Part shown: piece after piece, positions 13,027 to 28,450 of the stretch
How positions within the stretch are numbered: position 1 is the first letter of the stretch
Layout of the letters: each line of letters starts with the position of its first letter
Assembly (NCBI GenBank): GCA_051294375.1
Contig: CM119267.1
Span: 11,172,537 to 11,236,536 of the forward strand
From: Paraspadella gotoi
Taxonomy: Eukaryota; Animalia; Chaetognatha
Length of the DNA: 64,000 nt
Direction of reading: 5' to 3'
The notes under the pieces: model-generated
Told to the model about the DNA's origin: nothing
Seen by the model: the letters and a program-made list of their open reading frames with translations, nothing else
Database searches by the model: none
Program-made: the position numbers and the translations under genes

Positions 13027-13600
13027 CGACGAAGCCGATCCGATGGAAGTCGGTGCAGACGCGACGGATTCCGACGCAAACCGTAACGGCGCCGACGCAG
13101 ACCGAATGGACGCCGACTCAGACACGAATGACTCCGGTGCGAACCTCGTAAACGTCAACGAAAGCGAAGAAAAAACCGCCGAGGCGAATCTGACGGAAGA
13201 TTCCCAGTCGACGCCGGACGCGCGATTCCTCGGCGGCGGCGACACCAACTTCGAGGCTGCGGAACGAATGTCGACGCCGGATCTCGTCGCCGCCAGCGGC
13301 GTGGAAGCGGCGGCGCTGGCCTCGGCGCTGGCGGATCTGACGAAGCTCTCCGACGAGCTCCGACGTTGCGGCGATCAGCTCGAGTCGCTGACACTGAGTC
13401 AGCAGGAAATGTGGCGCCGTGTGGACGAGGCGGGCGACGCCGGGCCAATTGGCGGCGCCGGACCGGCGGAGGAGTTCGTGAAGGCACCAACGACGACGCC
13501 GGCCGACGACGAGAATCTTGAAGAGAAGCTTAAGGATTTGGAGACGATGTGGGCGGAAGTCGCGGAGCCGGCCTTTTATCCGCTCGAGGGGAATTTCTGA
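13027..13600 (+). CDS. Probable terminal exon of an uncharacterised acidic, partly coiled-coil protein
   Basis: GC-rich open frame in an AT-rich context, with acceptor gatttcgcag at 13026, stop TGA at 13600 and AATAAA at 13685. It includes the heptad-like segments LASALADLTKLSDELRRCGDQLESL and LEEKLKDLETMW. Confidence 0.7.
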
Positions 13601-13970
13601 ATCAAAATTAAAATTAATGATAATAATCAATGTTTTAAGCTTTACAGTCTTTGATTGTGGAGATGTTTGTTCCGTGTGAGTCTCAATAAAAACGATTTAA
13701 AGTAAAAGAAAAAAAAACTCTTTTAGGTCGGTGTTTTCTCGGGGATTCCGTTTCTCTTGAACGAAAATGGAAAAATAATTTCCTCGTAAAAATAAAGGAG
13801 GGAAAAAAGTTTTCAACTTCTACCAATATTTTTTTCCTTTTAAAATTTTTCCCAGTTTTTTTTTTCCTTCTGCCATTCGGACTTGATTACTCTCTAAATT
13901 GGAACTGAACTTTTTTACTTATGGTTTTTCTGAAATTCTTTTAAAAACTTACTTATTGACGAGTCTTCTA

Positions 13971-14572
13971 ATGAAATTGGTACAACCAATATAAAAATTA
14001 TCCATTCATCTTAATAAATAAGCTATCTTGCCCCTGACTTTGGACAGGCTCTTGGTGGTTTAAGGCCTCCCATCACTCTTACAAGATAATGACATAGCAG
14101 GCCTGCAAGCTTTCAATTCAAGACTCTCTCACAGTCCCGTTTATTCACTCCCAGAGTACCTGGCTTCCCTATCAATGAAGTGGAAAAATATTCAAAGAAT
14201 GTTTCAATTGTATGAAAAGACCCACTCCCTTAAGTATTAGATCGGGGAATACTTTTGTACTCCGCACTAGCATCAAAATTACAAGGAGCTGAATTTTATG
14301 AAATTGGTACAACCAATATAAAATTATCCATTCATTTAATAAATAAGCTATCTTGCCCCTGACTTTGGACAGGCTTTGGTGGTTTAAGGCCTCCATCACT
14401 CTTACAAGATAATGACATAGCAGGTCCCTGCAAGCTTTCAATCAAAGACTCTCTCACAGTCCGTTTAGTCACTCCCGAGTACCTGGCTTCCCTATCAATT
14501 GAGTGGAAAATATTTCAAAGAATGTTTCAATTGTTGAAAAGACCACTCCCTTAAGTATTAGATCGGGGAATA
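13971..14572. repeat. 327-bp unit in ~1.8 tandem copies (13971-14297, 14298-14572); dispersed family
   Basis: The unit begins atgaaattggtacaaccaatata. The same sequence recurs at 50508-50755 and 53232-53480. Confidence 0.9.
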
Positions 14573-14891
14573 ACTAGACATTAATATTAGACATGCCTTT
14601 AGTTTATTTCTTTTTCTTCCTCATTGTTACATCTTCTTTTCTTTCCTCCCATCCCGCCCTCCCTTGCGACCTCTTTTCATTCCCCACCGTCCCTCCCTCT
14701 CTAAAGTCCCTTGCCTCTCCCTTTCTTCCCTCCTTTCCTCTCCCCTCTTCTCTTTCCTCGATTGAAATCCGGATCGCTTTGATCGCTCCAAACTTTCGAT
14801 CGCGTGCGACGAAAAAAAAAAAAATTCCGTTTGAATTTATGAGTTTTTTTCCTTTCCGTCCTGAAACTTGGAACTCGCAGCGGAATTTGTA

Positions 14892-14971
<80 letters not shown>

Positions 14972-15389
14972 GTCGGCGGTGGGTAAGGATTACTTTCTTT
15001 TTCAAAGTAAGGCGCTTTAGTTTTTTTTTTGTTCGGTGCTAAAAATTTACTTTGTCTTTTTTTTTCTTTCAACTCTCACGTTGTTTGACGATGCGATATT
15101 TGAGATTCGGATTTTAGATGTGAAAGTTTTTTTTTTCTTTGTTTCGGGCTTCGTCGACGAAATCGGAAGTTCTGTATCAAGGGTGAGGCATGAAGAACGG
15201 TTTAAGTCGGATAGTTTTATACTTTTATTTATTGACTTAATTAAGATATCAGCTGATTTATATTAGTATTGTATTGATGAAATTGCGCAGGAAAAAATAT
15301 TATAGTCATAGTGCATGCGATTTAAAGGAAAGAAAAAAAAAGAACCCGAATTTTTAAAAGGTCGAGGGGAGGAGAGAGAGGAGAGAGAG

Positions 15390-15443
<54 letters not shown>

Positions 15444-16590
15444 AGAAGAGAGAAGAATCTCATAATGATAATCGTCGCAGCGTGTGTTGACGAGGCGCCT
15501 GCGACGCTCTCTATCGTCCAATCCGACAGGTGGAAACGATGGCATGACCCCCGTTTCCACCGCCAGGTCCGTCTCCGCCGCTGCCGCCGCTGCCGCCGCC
15601 CGTTGCCGCCGCCTGGCGCCGCTGCTGCCGCCGCCGCGCTGCCGCCGCCCTCCCTACCTCGCTGCCGGAGATCCCGTTCGGCGGCGAGATTAGAAGCAGC
15701 TCCATTGTTGACGAACAAAAATAAAAAAAAAGTATAATTTCTTTCTTTCTTTTTTTTTTTGTACAGAATTGAAATCCCCAATTCCCTCAAAATGGCATGA
15801 CTCTGTCTTGGGCAATGTGGGAACGACAAAGAGGAGGAGGATGAGGAAGAGGAGGAGAACAGGAGGGAGATATATCGAGATGGGGCGGATCGTAATGATG
15901 ACGACTCGTATATTTAATAACCTGTCCGCAGGAAATGGGCGTCCCCGGCCGAACGTCGAAAGCTACGCACAAAAGAGTCGACGATAAGAAAAGAGTTTTT
16001 ATGTCTTGATGAAGTCGAACGGCGATGACTGGAAATGAGTTTGTTTGTTTACTTTCCTTCTTTATTAGTTTTTTTGTACATTTACATTTTTTTTCTAGTG
16101 TACATCGTCCTGCTCTGGATTTCAAATTGCGCCACCAACGAAGTATTTTCGTTCATTCATGCCGAACACATTAACGTTTATTCGTTTAATCTTAATTATA
16201 ATTTATTGGCTTTTTTTATTAGTAAATTTTTTTTTTTGGTTCAACGCGTGGGAAATGATCTTATAATTTACATATATATATATATAAAACTGAGGATCTC
16301 TTAGTTCAATGCCATCAACGAATCTTTAACCAGGGGGGTGACCTCGATCCCCCGTCGGGCGTCCAAGGGTCGACCCTCCTCTCTTTTTTTCGTCGGGAGC
16401 TCATCTTAATTCGTGATAAATCGTCGCCAGTTGAGACCCGCGATTCATTAGTTAAACGTCATCGAATTATAAAATTCAATTTTGATTGACGGAAAATTGC
16501 GGTAAAAAACTACTCGTTTCGTTTGAGGGATGTACGCTGTCTTTGAGGGGAAAAAAAGTATGCGTTAATCGAATTAAAAGCCTGATATGT

Positions 16591-16676
<86 letters not shown>

Positions 16677-17235
16677 TGTATATTGTAAGAGCCTCAACTG
16701 AGTATCAAGTCGACTTGAACTCACCGAAAAGAAAACAAAAAACCACCAAGCGGTTTCGTTCGTAAAACAAAACCAAAACAAATTAGGAGCTTAACTTAAT
16801 CCTTTTAACAGAAACCAGACATCGGAATCTGGTATTCAAATGTTTCCAGACACTTCGGTAACTGTGGATTCATCACCACAGTTTCAATGATTTTATTTTT
16901 AAACCTCATTTACTTCCTGTCAAGTCTTCTGTCCAAAGTTATTTTACGTTGCTTACGCTAAAACTCGCGCCATAAGGTAATGCCGTTGTGTATCTTCGGG
17001 CAGCATTGTGTGGCATTTTGTGCCATCGGGTGTAGTGGGGCGAGACAAGTGGCATGATTGCCACGAGTGGCAGGGCTTCATTCCTTTCATCTCCTTTTGG
17101 GCGTGTTCTTCTGTTTTTTATGGCTGGGGGAAAGGGGGCGGAGGGGGGGGGTTAGAATAGGATGGCAGAGCAGAGGAGAAAAGGAGGCGTGGCTTGGCTT
17201 CCTGGCAAATAGGTGGAGCTGGGCGTAAAGGAGAG

Positions 17236-17285
<50 letters not shown>

Positions 17286-17455
17286 GAGAGAGTGTTTAAT
17301 TTTGTAAAAGATATATTTTATGACGAATTCAGAACGATTTAAAATAATAATAAAGAATAAATTAGAGCGAGAGATAATGAATCATGCAAAAAGAATTGTC
17401 ACGACTTCTCCCTTTTATTCTTTGGGAAAACGGAAGTTATTTTGGTTCTTTGCGC

Positions 17456-17526
<71 letters not shown>

Positions 17527-17803
17527 ATTTGGAACAAAAGCCAAAATCGACCTCAGAAGCCAAAGAAGCGAAAAAAATGAAGAGAAGAATCCTGCAACAA
17601 TTCGAGACGCAAAAAAGAAAAAAAAAGAAAGAAAATATAAAGATAAAAAAAATGAAAAAGAAAGAAAAAATAGGTGAAGACTGAAGAGGAATGAAAACAA
17701 ACAAGAAAAAAAAAGAAAAAAGAAAGAAAAGACTAAAGTTGAAACGAAAATAAGGTGAGTTCAGTTTGGTAAGGTGAAAGAGTTTGAACTTCTCTCTCTC
17801 TCT

Positions 17804-17885
<82 letters not shown>

Positions 17886-18664
17886 CTCTATCTCTCCCAG
17901 TTTTCGAGAGGTCGTGAAGCCCTGTGTCTCTCTCGCTCTTTCTCTTTCTCTCTCGTTTCTGCATCGATTCATTGTTTTTCTATTAACGTTATAACGTTTA
18001 TTGAGTTCAGCCATAAATTACATCGACTACATGCCAAATGTAACACTTTAACGACGACAATCATTAACGAGAGGCGCGTTACGCGCCCCGCCTTGTGTAC
18101 ACCGGGTGTTGGCCGCCGAATCGTACGCTTTGTTTAAACTTCTTATTCTTTTATCTGATTACCAAACATCGTTTCTTCGTTGCGAATTATTTGAACGCGT
18201 TTTGCCGAGTTTAGTTTTTTTTTAGGAAAGAGTTTTTTTAAAAAAAAAGAATTATGGTTGATATGGTATTTTCAGGAAAGATAAGAAATAAGAAGGTTTT
18301 AGCTGAGGAGGGGGGAGGGGGCGAAAACGCCGTGGTGACTGAGACTCCGGTGATCGGACTTAACGAGTCAACGCAATACAGTTCTCAGTAGTACGAATTG
18401 GTATAAAACGTATAAACAAAACAATCTACATATTTATAAAGACATATAGTCATAAAAATCCACATTTTATTTTTAGTTGAAAACGGACACAGAAAATATG
18501 ACTCAATATTTCCATCGAGCGATCGCCGTCTCCTCATTTGCATAAATGAGAAAAAAAAACCGAATTCGGCCAAGATTTATCGTTTAACGAGGGTCGGGAT
18601 TTCAGAGGTAAGGATCTTAGGGAGGTCGAGCCGGGTAAGATTCGATCGGGTCGGCGGTTTACGT

Positions 18665-18702
<38 letters not shown>

Positions 18703-20217
18703 TGAGAGAGAGAGAGAGAGAATGAATATTTCACTTTTCTCTTTCCCGTTTTCCTAGACCTGGATTCACAGTCTGCAATTTACAACGAATTTCGGAGATA
18801 ATTACTCATATACAATTTTACAATTGCAATTACAATTACTCATTGTACATTGTACAATTAACCATGTACAGTATAATTTTTTTTTAAATTATCATGGTTG
18901 TTGCCAAACGTTTCGATATTCCAGGTATATGTTGAGTTATTAGTGATGAGTAGCCCACTCTCTTTGAGGCAAAAGAGCATCCGAGTTATTAAAAGTGCCT
19001 TTAATACGTTTATTTTCATTTGAATCAATCAAGTGTACTTATTCAATATCTCTCAGATATCTCCTTTTCACTCATTACAACCGAAAACAAGAGCCAACAC
19101 AGCGTCTTCAAAGATATTTCTGAAGATTCTATTAATTACTTTTAGAAAAAAAGAAAGTCATGTTTTGAAGATTGAATCTTTGAACTACTAAAATATGTCA
19201 ATGAAATTAGTTTTTATTAATACGATCAAAAAAAGCACAAAAACCTGATAACAAAATCTTATCTCGCACCGGCATTTTCCAGACAACCATGGACGTTCGT
19301 AAAAAAATCCCAGTTACCAGCCGAGGATGCCATCCGCCGTTGCCATAGGACATCGCCCGGCATATATCAGACCGTGTCCAACTTCGTTCAATCTCCGCCC
19401 GGAAATTCGAGCCGTGTCTCCGTCGCCAACCGAGCGGACGCACCCGCGGACGTACGGCTTGTAACGCTGACGACCTCGGCCGGGCGCGCCCCGTCGAGGC
19501 CATTAAAACAGAGCTGACCGTCAATTCCCGAGTTGGATCGACGATCGGAAATTAAAAACTTGGAAATTAACGATTCCGGAAGAAGAGATTAAAATTTATG
19601 GCTTCCTGTGGAAAAGTCGTTGTTTGTTGTCAGTTTACAGATCGTTCAATTGATTCGCTCAAAAGGTCGTAGTCCCCGTTGGTTGTTGTTTGAGAACCGG
19701 TTTATTTCCTACCAAACCACTACAAAACTCTTTAACTAAGCAACTCGCTAAGAATTCGAACTCAAAGAAAGTCATAAACCTCACGGAGTCACCCCTGACT
19801 GAAAAAAAATAGGGATAATTGTTTTCTTTCGTTCGTATTATTTTTGTTTTTGAACGATTTGCTCAGTTGTTGAAACAAATTTTTACCACCAAAACAGATT
19901 CACTAAGGAGTGGCCCGAAAACGAGTGTCATACGGCGAGATAAAATATGTAAAAGATTGACTTTGCATGTTCAAACACAGTGGAATCAACTCAAATCGTT
20001 TTACCTCCAAACCGGTTTTCTAAATTGCCTGTTCGGGTTGGACCGACGAATGTTTTTCTGGTTTTATTCCGGCCAGCAACTGTCAAAATCTAACGAACCA
20101 AACTGTTAGTATAAATCAAGTTTTATCAATCGCAAACTTACCATTATCTCACATTCAATACGAAACTAAAACTGTTTGGATTTTTTGTAAATAAAAAAAA
20201 AAAGAACCTCGAACAAG

Positions 20218-23200
20218 ATGAAAATTCCACAAATCATTCACTACGCACGGACATTCCAATTTCCAGAGCCGTCAAGGATGTGAGTATTAGTATTTAAGAA
20301 ATTCGTTTTATATTTCATACTCAATTTGTTTCTTTTGTATTAATTATGCTTTGGCAGGAGGACGGATCTAAAATATATCAAGCGCTATCAATAGAAAACG
20401 GCAAGCTTATTTCTAAAGCCCAGGGTAATATAAGTTCAAATGTTTTTTTTTTTTTTTGTTTCAAAATATTTGTAAAAAATATTCTCAAACTCAAGCGTTC
20501 CAAACGGAAATTATATCTTTAATAAAATAATTAAATTAGCTATTCTTCTATAGGCGACGCGGGGACCCTTTATGAAGTATTTCAACGGGGTTTTAAAATC
20601 AACCCAAGAGGCAACTGCTTAGGTTGGCGACCGTCGTCCGAGGAAGGCTACAGTTGGTTGTCCTACGAAGAGGCCAATGAGAGGATGCAAGCATTTGGCA
20701 GCGGAATGCTATCCTTAGGGCTGGAACCCGGTCCCGATTCTCGCGTGGGCATATACTCGATAAATCTCCCAGCTATTGCATATGCATGCATGTTAGTAAA
20801 TTAATTAATTTGAGTCCCGTAAAAATATGGAGAGCTAAATATTTTGTGCCGACTTTACTTTCTAGGCGTGTTTCATGTACTCCACGACTTTGTACCTCTC
20901 TACGACACTCTGGCCCTGATTCTTGCTCTTACATAATCAACAAAGCGGACATATCTTTGGTCGTTTGTGAAAACTCTACGAAGGTAATATGATGTACGAA
21001 TATTTTCTGATATTTAAATTTGCCATAAATTTCTGACCCTTTCCAACGACAGGCCAAGAACATTTTTATCCCGATCGTCTGAAACTCCGACTTTGAAATC
21101 GATCGTCGTTGTCAATGGCATCGATCGAGAGTTGGCCAATTTCGCTGAAGGGTCTGGCATTAATCTCTTAACCTTTGAGGACGTCGTCAGAATGGGAAAG
21201 GCAATTCGCGCCCGAACCTTTTTTTCTGCCCCATTGGGCAATGTATCTTAATAAATTTGAACTTTATGGTGGACTAAAATCCACCAACCTGTTCATCAGC
21301 GGCCATTGGTGCCGGAGGCAAGTCATTCACCTCCCAACCCAAAGGTCCGGGTTCTCACCCGGTGGTCGTCTGGCAGTTAAGAGGGACGGGGTGCTTAACC
21401 CGCCTGTAACACGGTGTTAACAGCCTGATCCGAAGCTCAGGGACTGCTTATATTGAACGGTTCTATCACTAACTCATAACAATAGTTACTGTCTCTTCAA
21501 CTTGCATTTTATCTTCACAGAAAAACATCCGTCCGGTGATTCCCCCTCGCGGCGACGACATCGCGATCGTCTGCTTCACCAGCGGAACCACGGGAGACCC
21601 CAAGGTGTCATGCTCTCCCACGGAAATTACTGTTCCAGCATCGGCAGCTGTATGAAAGTCTTGGGAATCATGCAAATGGACTTCACGGACATATTCATAT
21701 CTTACTTACCGTTAGCGCACGTGTTTCGAACAGGTAATGGATAAATTAATCTTTAAGTATCAATAAAAAAATCTTATTAGCTTAATTCATTGATGAAGGT
21801 GATGGAAAACGGAATTTTGTTGGTTGGAGCCTCGATTGGTTTACTTCAGCGGCGACGTAAAAAAATTGAAAGACGATATGCAAGCCTTGACCCTCAATCT
21901 TTCCCTCCGTGCCAAGACTGCTCAACAAAGTCTACGACACCGTTGTTTCTACCGTGAGAACGTTGTGAATAAAACTTCATTCGCTTTATAAAGAATTTAA
22001 AAGAATCATGATTGTTCCTTCCCTCAGGCAAGCACCTCTGTGATAAAGAGGTTTCTCCTCAACCACGCCTTAAAAAAGAAAGCCGAACAGCTTTGCTAAG
22101 GGTGAATTCGTCAGAGATTCCTTTTGGGACAAGCTCGTGTTCAAAAAGTTGCACGATGGGTTCGGTAAATACAGAAATTTTTATAATATAATGTCATGTT
22201 GAATATTTTCATTATGAATTCAGTAAAACTTGGTCAATTCATCTTGCAGGTGTCAACGTCAAGTGGTGGGTATCTGGATTCGGCTCCTCTTTCTGCGCCT
22301 GTCATGCGCTTTGTCCGCAGTGCATTCGGAGCCGTAGTAATCGAGGGATACGGTCAAACCGAAAGCGCCACCGGGTGCAGTTGTCAACTGCCTGGCGAAC
22401 TAGCCGAAGGAGAAGTAGGCCCGCCCGTTCCCGGTGAGTGTCGCACAATAATGCAATTTTACCTAGGAATTATCTTCATTAAAATTTTGGTTAATTTTAA
22501 GAGAAAAATGATTTTCAATTAAGCCTGCCTCATGAACTCGTGGACGTTCCGGATATGGAATATTCGCCCGAGACGGGAAGGGAGAAGTATGCGTAAAAGG
22601 CCCCAACGTTTTCAAGGGTTACTTGAAGGAGAAGAGAGACAAAAAAACTCTTGACGAAGATGGATGGCTGCACACAGGGGACATTGGAATGATGACGGAA
22701 AGAGGTAAACATATACGTTTGTTTATTACAGCCCATGCGTTGTGACGCTTGATTACTGACTTAAACCGACCTACTTTTCCAGCAGCAGCTTATTAAATCA
22801 TTGATCGTAGAAGCTATTTTGTTCAAACTCTCGCAAGGAGAATACGTGGCCCCTGAAAAGTAGAAAACGTTTACTCTCGCCATCCACTGGTCGAACAAAT
22901 CTTCGTCTCGGCAGCAGTCTAAAGTCTGCGGCCGTCGTCCGCTACGTAGTGGTCACCGGAAGAGCAGCAAGTGGCCGCATGGGCTAAAAGCAAAGGATTG
23001 CCAGAAAAAAGTGAGGATAAGTCTTTATCAAATCGACTGAATTAGAACAAACAAATAACTAGAAGTGCTCTTTATTTCTCCAGGTTTTGCAAACTTGCCT
23101 ATCCTAATCTTAAGAAAGACATTCTCGATGGCATTACAAACGTTGTGGAAACAGGAAAGCGAAAAACCCTTCGAGCAGGTCAGAGATCTACAAATGTAAA

Positions 23201-23482
23201 TAAACAAAATTAATTGTATACTAAATCGATTATTATCTTTTATTTAATTGAATGAATCTAATTATTTTATTGCCGGCAATAAATTTTTAAAAAAAATTAA
23301 ATTTGATGATTCATGAAGATATGATTTTTTTTAAACTCTTTATTAGGTTAAGGACATCTTCATTTCGTCGGAACTTTGTCCGTAGAAAACGACTTGCTGA
23401 CACCGACCTTTAAGTTCAAAACGGACCCGCGATACAGAAAAATTCAAAGATCAATTGAAGAAATGAACAAGAACCTTACTGA
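20218..23482 (+). pseudogene. ACSL: Second, frameshifted copy of the ACSL gene; probably an error-rich assembly duplicate rather than a true pseudogene
   Basis: Near-identical to 31148-34403 in exons and introns, but with many 1-nt indels (atcattcactac vs atcattcgactac; actttgtacct vs actttggtacct; gagaccccaaggt vs gagaccccaaaggt). Indel density rises toward the 3' end. Confidence 0.85.
21286..21462 (+). ncRNA. Duplicate of the tRNA-head plus twister-like cassette in intron 5 of the first ACSL copy
   Basis: Same sequence as 32211-32383 with a few indels. P3 reads CTGTAAC-ACGGT-GTTAACAG. The ribozyme-like part is 21373-21447. Confidence 0.5.
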
Positions 23483-26400
23483 AAAATGTCTACTCTATTT
23501 TTGCAATTCAGGATGTGTACCGATTTTTCTTATGGTAAATTATGTGAAAGTTTTCATAATTATCTTGTTAAATGTCTTGCCCTAATTTTTGTCCTGTTGG
23601 TTATTTTTTTCGTAATTTGTATCCATATAACATGGAGTTACGACCGATACTTGCCAGTAAATTATATTTATTTTCCATGAAGAGTCAAAATAATTAGGCC
23701 AGTTTGCGTTGGTGTGGTTCGAGTTTTGAGATATTGAACATTTTATTTGAAATGATACAACTGGTTCGTCCAAAGTAACAGTACTTGGCCACCGGGCTCG
23801 AAACTCAAACCTTTGGATTAGGAAGTTTCTTGTTCATTTTATCGGCAAGGTTTTTTTTAATTTATTAAAGTTTCCCCCGTTCATAAAAACCTACAAGCAA
23901 ACAATATTATAAACTATGCGTTCATTACGTCCACCTTGTTCAATGCTAAGAGTTCGTCCGAAATTTGGGTCGCGGTCGGCATTTTACTTTCTCTTAATCC
24001 AGTTTGACCATTCCGGCACTCTTCTTTTGCGCCCCCTCTTCACCCCTCGCCGCGCAAATAAAATCGAATTGTCGGCAGATCTTTAGGATTGTTGGTGAGT
24101 GGTCGCATCGGGATTTCTCAAGCCGCTCGAACACAAATCTCGTTACGGCGATATTTTCTTTTCGAATGACGATCCGCGGGAATTTCGGACTTTCCCGTCG
24201 GTTTTCGGTCCATACGTGAGCGCGATCGCCCAGCGCCTGTTTCGTGTCACGTACTTGATGTCGAGCCGCCTGTCTACGATCGTCATCTTGTTTGAGCCCA
24301 ATTTTTTAGGGTTGAAAAGCTTTCTTACTCCAAAAACGGTCATGGCAATTTTGGTACCTGGACCTCAATCTTAAGTGATTTTTTTTTTTCGGAAATGATG
24401 TTCGTGAAACCGGGTCGAAGCGTGAAAAGTTCGACAGATGTACAACTTGGTTTCTTATGTCCAGGAATAAAAATAGAATCTTTCTCTCACTCTCACACAC
24501 ACACCAACGCGTCGGCCGTTATATCGGCGTTCATAAAATTCAGAGATCAAAAACAGTTTCTATCAGCGTCATTTCAAGGATTTTCTGGGAACGTTTATAT
24601 TTCTCCGCGCGATTCGTCGTTAACGTTCACTTTCTATTTTTCGATGAGTTCATTCGAGGCTTTGACAGAAATACGTTTCCGAGCGTAAAATTATATTACC
24701 TTCTCCACTAAGTCTAAAACGGGTTTTAAACCAATTTAACTAATTAAATAATTAAATAAATCTATTTAGTAGAGACGAAAGTGTTTTGTACGGATAATAT
24801 AAAAAAAATTAAAAACCAGTAGAATCGTTACTTTCTCGCTCTTAAAATCAGTTCTTTAACGAATCCGTACATCAAGTTCAGTCGTCCACTCGTTTCCGCC
24901 GACCCGTGCCTTCCGGGCCGTTTGCGTGCCTTGCGGGCTTTTTTATTTCGAGCCGAGCCTTGACCCGGAGCGAATACTGAATAGGAAAATGGAGATACTA
25001 TAACCTGACTAAATGTTCGAGATTCGGGGCAAATCGAGTTCGTGATCGAAAATCGCGACGACGTTAATGACGATAATTATAATGATGATGAGACTGCAGC
25101 CGCGTCCGTCGGCTGCACAAAACTCCTGCTAAAAGTCACGCGGGAACAGTTGTTTAAAATTTATAATATTTATAACTTGTGTTATTATATTTGGGTCGAA
25201 TAACGATGCATACTTATTTTTAATCGCTGAGGGTGATGTATATAATTTTCGACAGTCTTTGGTTTTTCTTGCATCTCGGGAATTTTCAAGTAATAAAACT
25301 CACGGACTTGTGAGAATTGAGCCTTGGTTTCAAATCCTCTGTGACCCAGTATGAATGTCTATTAGACATTGTCTAATGTTCTATGGGTTTAACCTAGGGT
25401 CGAAATCTCTTTCTTCCTTGTCGTCAATATTGTCTTTCTGGATTTATTAAGGAAAATGTGTGAAAAGTGCCTGAAATAAGAAAAATAGTATTCTTCTTAT
25501 CATGTTAACACAAAACTTTACTGTAAACTATAATTTCATTTATCGTAGTGACTTTTCAGTCATCCACTCAGATTCTTCTTGATGAGTGTGTGTTGTTTTC
25601 TTCAGACAGCGTCAACTCGTCAATCGATTGTGAGGATCGATATAAATTCTGCGTCAACTAGTTAGGTCAAAAACCGATGCATTCTTTCTTTTCAAATTTG
25701 GAGTAAACATCTAATTATTTCTGCCAACGATTGCCGAAATCTCGAAACAAAAAAAACAAAAAAGTGTTTTTGTTTCCGTTCGTGTGGAGAGCGTGGATGC
25801 CGAGGTTCGATCAGTTGGATGGAGAAAGGTGGTGTGTGGGGAAAGAGGAGGAAGATGATAATAGTGGAAAAGGGTCCGAAATTTAACAAACAAAAACTGC
25901 CGCGGAAGAAAAGAACGTGCGGATTGACGGGTAAAGATGCGATGGGACCTACCCTTTCGCATTCTGACGATGCCGATCGGACAACCCCCTTCTGCCCGAG
26001 TTGGATTGATTGCTCGAGGGCAGGGCTCGCGATTATAATCTTGCGACCGAGGTCGAGTACGGTCGTCTGCTGATTCGTCGTTCGTCGTTCGTTGATCGTC
26101 GCCTGGGTGTTGATATGTCCGGCGCGATTTTCGTCGCCTCACTACCTAAAAGAAAGGAAAGCTACATTCAGAGCGTGAAAGAGCGGATATCAGTAAATGA
26201 GGCATGTTCATTCGTGAATCCGATTGTATGTTCCCAAATGAGTACCTAGGTAACGTTGGTGAGAATGATGGGTATTAAGGGCTAATTTATAGATAGTTAT
26301 ATTAGATGTGCATGCTCACTGTAGCATAGAATAAGATTAAAATGCTCATATATATATCGATAATAGTATTAATTAATATATTAATAATAATGTTAATATT

Positions 26401-27444
26401 ATATTGATATATTGTAATATCTCTCTCATTATACTCTCTCTTNNNNNNNNNNNNNNNNNNNNNNNNNCTGCCGCCGCCGCCGCCGCCGCCCTCCCTACCC
26501 GCTGCCGGAGATCCCGTTCGGCGGCGAGATTAGAAGCAGCTCCATTGTTGACGAACAAAAAATAAAAAAAAAAGTATAATTTCTTTCTTTCTTTTTTTTT
26601 TTTGTACAGAATTGAAATCCCCAATTCCCTCAAAATGGCATGACTCTGTCTTGGGCAATGTGGGAACGACAAAGAGGAGGAGGATGAGGAAGAGGAGGAG
26701 GAACAGGAGGGAGATATATCGAGATGGGGCGGATCGTAATGATGACGACTCGTATATTTAATAACCTGTCCGCAGGAAATGGGCGTCGCCCCGGCCGAAC
26801 GTCGAAAGCTACGCACAAAAGAGTCGACGATAAGAAAAGAGTTTTTATGTCTTGATGAAGTCGAACAGGCGATGACTGGAAATGAGTTTGTTTGTTTACT
26901 TTCCTTATTTATTAGTTTTTGTACATTTACATTTTTTTTCCGCTAGTGTACATCGTCCTGCTCTGGATTTCAAATTGCGCCACCAACGAAGTATTTTCGT
27001 TCATTCATGTCCGAACACATTAACGTTTATTCGTTTAATCTTAATTATAATTTATTGGCTTTTTTAATTAGTAAATTTTTTTTTTTGGTTCAACGCGTGG
27101 GAAATGATCTTATAATTTACATATATATATATATATAAAACTGAGGATCTCTTAGTTCAATGCCATCAACGAATCTTTAACCAGGCGGGGGTGACCTCGA
27201 TCCCCCGTCGGGCGTCCAAGGGTCGACCCGTCCTCTCTTTTTTTCGTCGGGAGCTCATCTTAATTCGTGATAAATCGTCGCCAGTTGAGACCCGCGATTC
27301 ATTAGTTAAACGTCATCGAATTATAAAATTCAATTTTGATTGACGGAAAATTGCGGTAAAAAACTACTCGTTTCGTTTGAGGGATGTACGCTGTCTTTGA
27401 GGGGAAAAAAAGTATGCGTTAATCGAATTAAAAGCCTGATATGT

Positions 27445-27565
<121 letters not shown>

Positions 27566-28129
27566 TGTATATTGTAAGAGCCTCAACTGAGTATCAAGTC
27601 GACTTGAACTCACCGAAAAGAAAACAAAAAACCACCAAGCGGTTTCGTTCGTAAAACAAAACCAAAACAAATTAGGAGCTTAACTTAATCCTTTAAAACA
27701 GAAAAAAAACCAGACATCTGGTAATCTGGTATTCAAATGTTTCCAGACACTTCGGTAACTGTGGATTCATCACCACAGTTTCAATGATTTTATTTTTAAA
27801 CCTCATTTACTTCCTGTCAAGTCTTCTGTCCAAAGTTATTTTTACGTTGCTTACGCTAAAACTCGCGCCATAAGGTAATGCCGTTGTGTATCTTCGGGCA
27901 GCATTGTGTGGCATTTTGTGCCATCGGGTGTAGTGGGGCGAGACAAGTGGCATGATTGCCACGAGTGGCAGCGGCTTCATTCCTTTCATCTCCTTTTGGG
28001 GCGTTCTTCTGTTTTTTATGGCTGGGGGAAAGGGGGCGGAGGAGGGGGTTAGAATAGGATGGCAGAGCAGAGGAGAAAAGGAGGCGTGGCTTGGCTTCCT
28101 GGCAAATAGGTGGAGCTGGACGTAAGGAG

Positions 28130-28171
<42 letters not shown>

Positions 28172-28359
28172 AGAGAGAGAGAGAGAGAGAGTGTTTAATT
28201 TTGTAAAAGATATATTTTATGACGAATTCAGAACGATTTAAAATAATAATAAAGAATAAATTAGAGCGAGAGATAATGAATCATGCAAAAAGAATTGTCA
28301 CGACTTCTCCCTTTTATTCTTTGGAAAACGGAAGTTATTTTGGTTCTTGGCGCAGAGAG

Positions 28360-28450
<91 letters not shown>

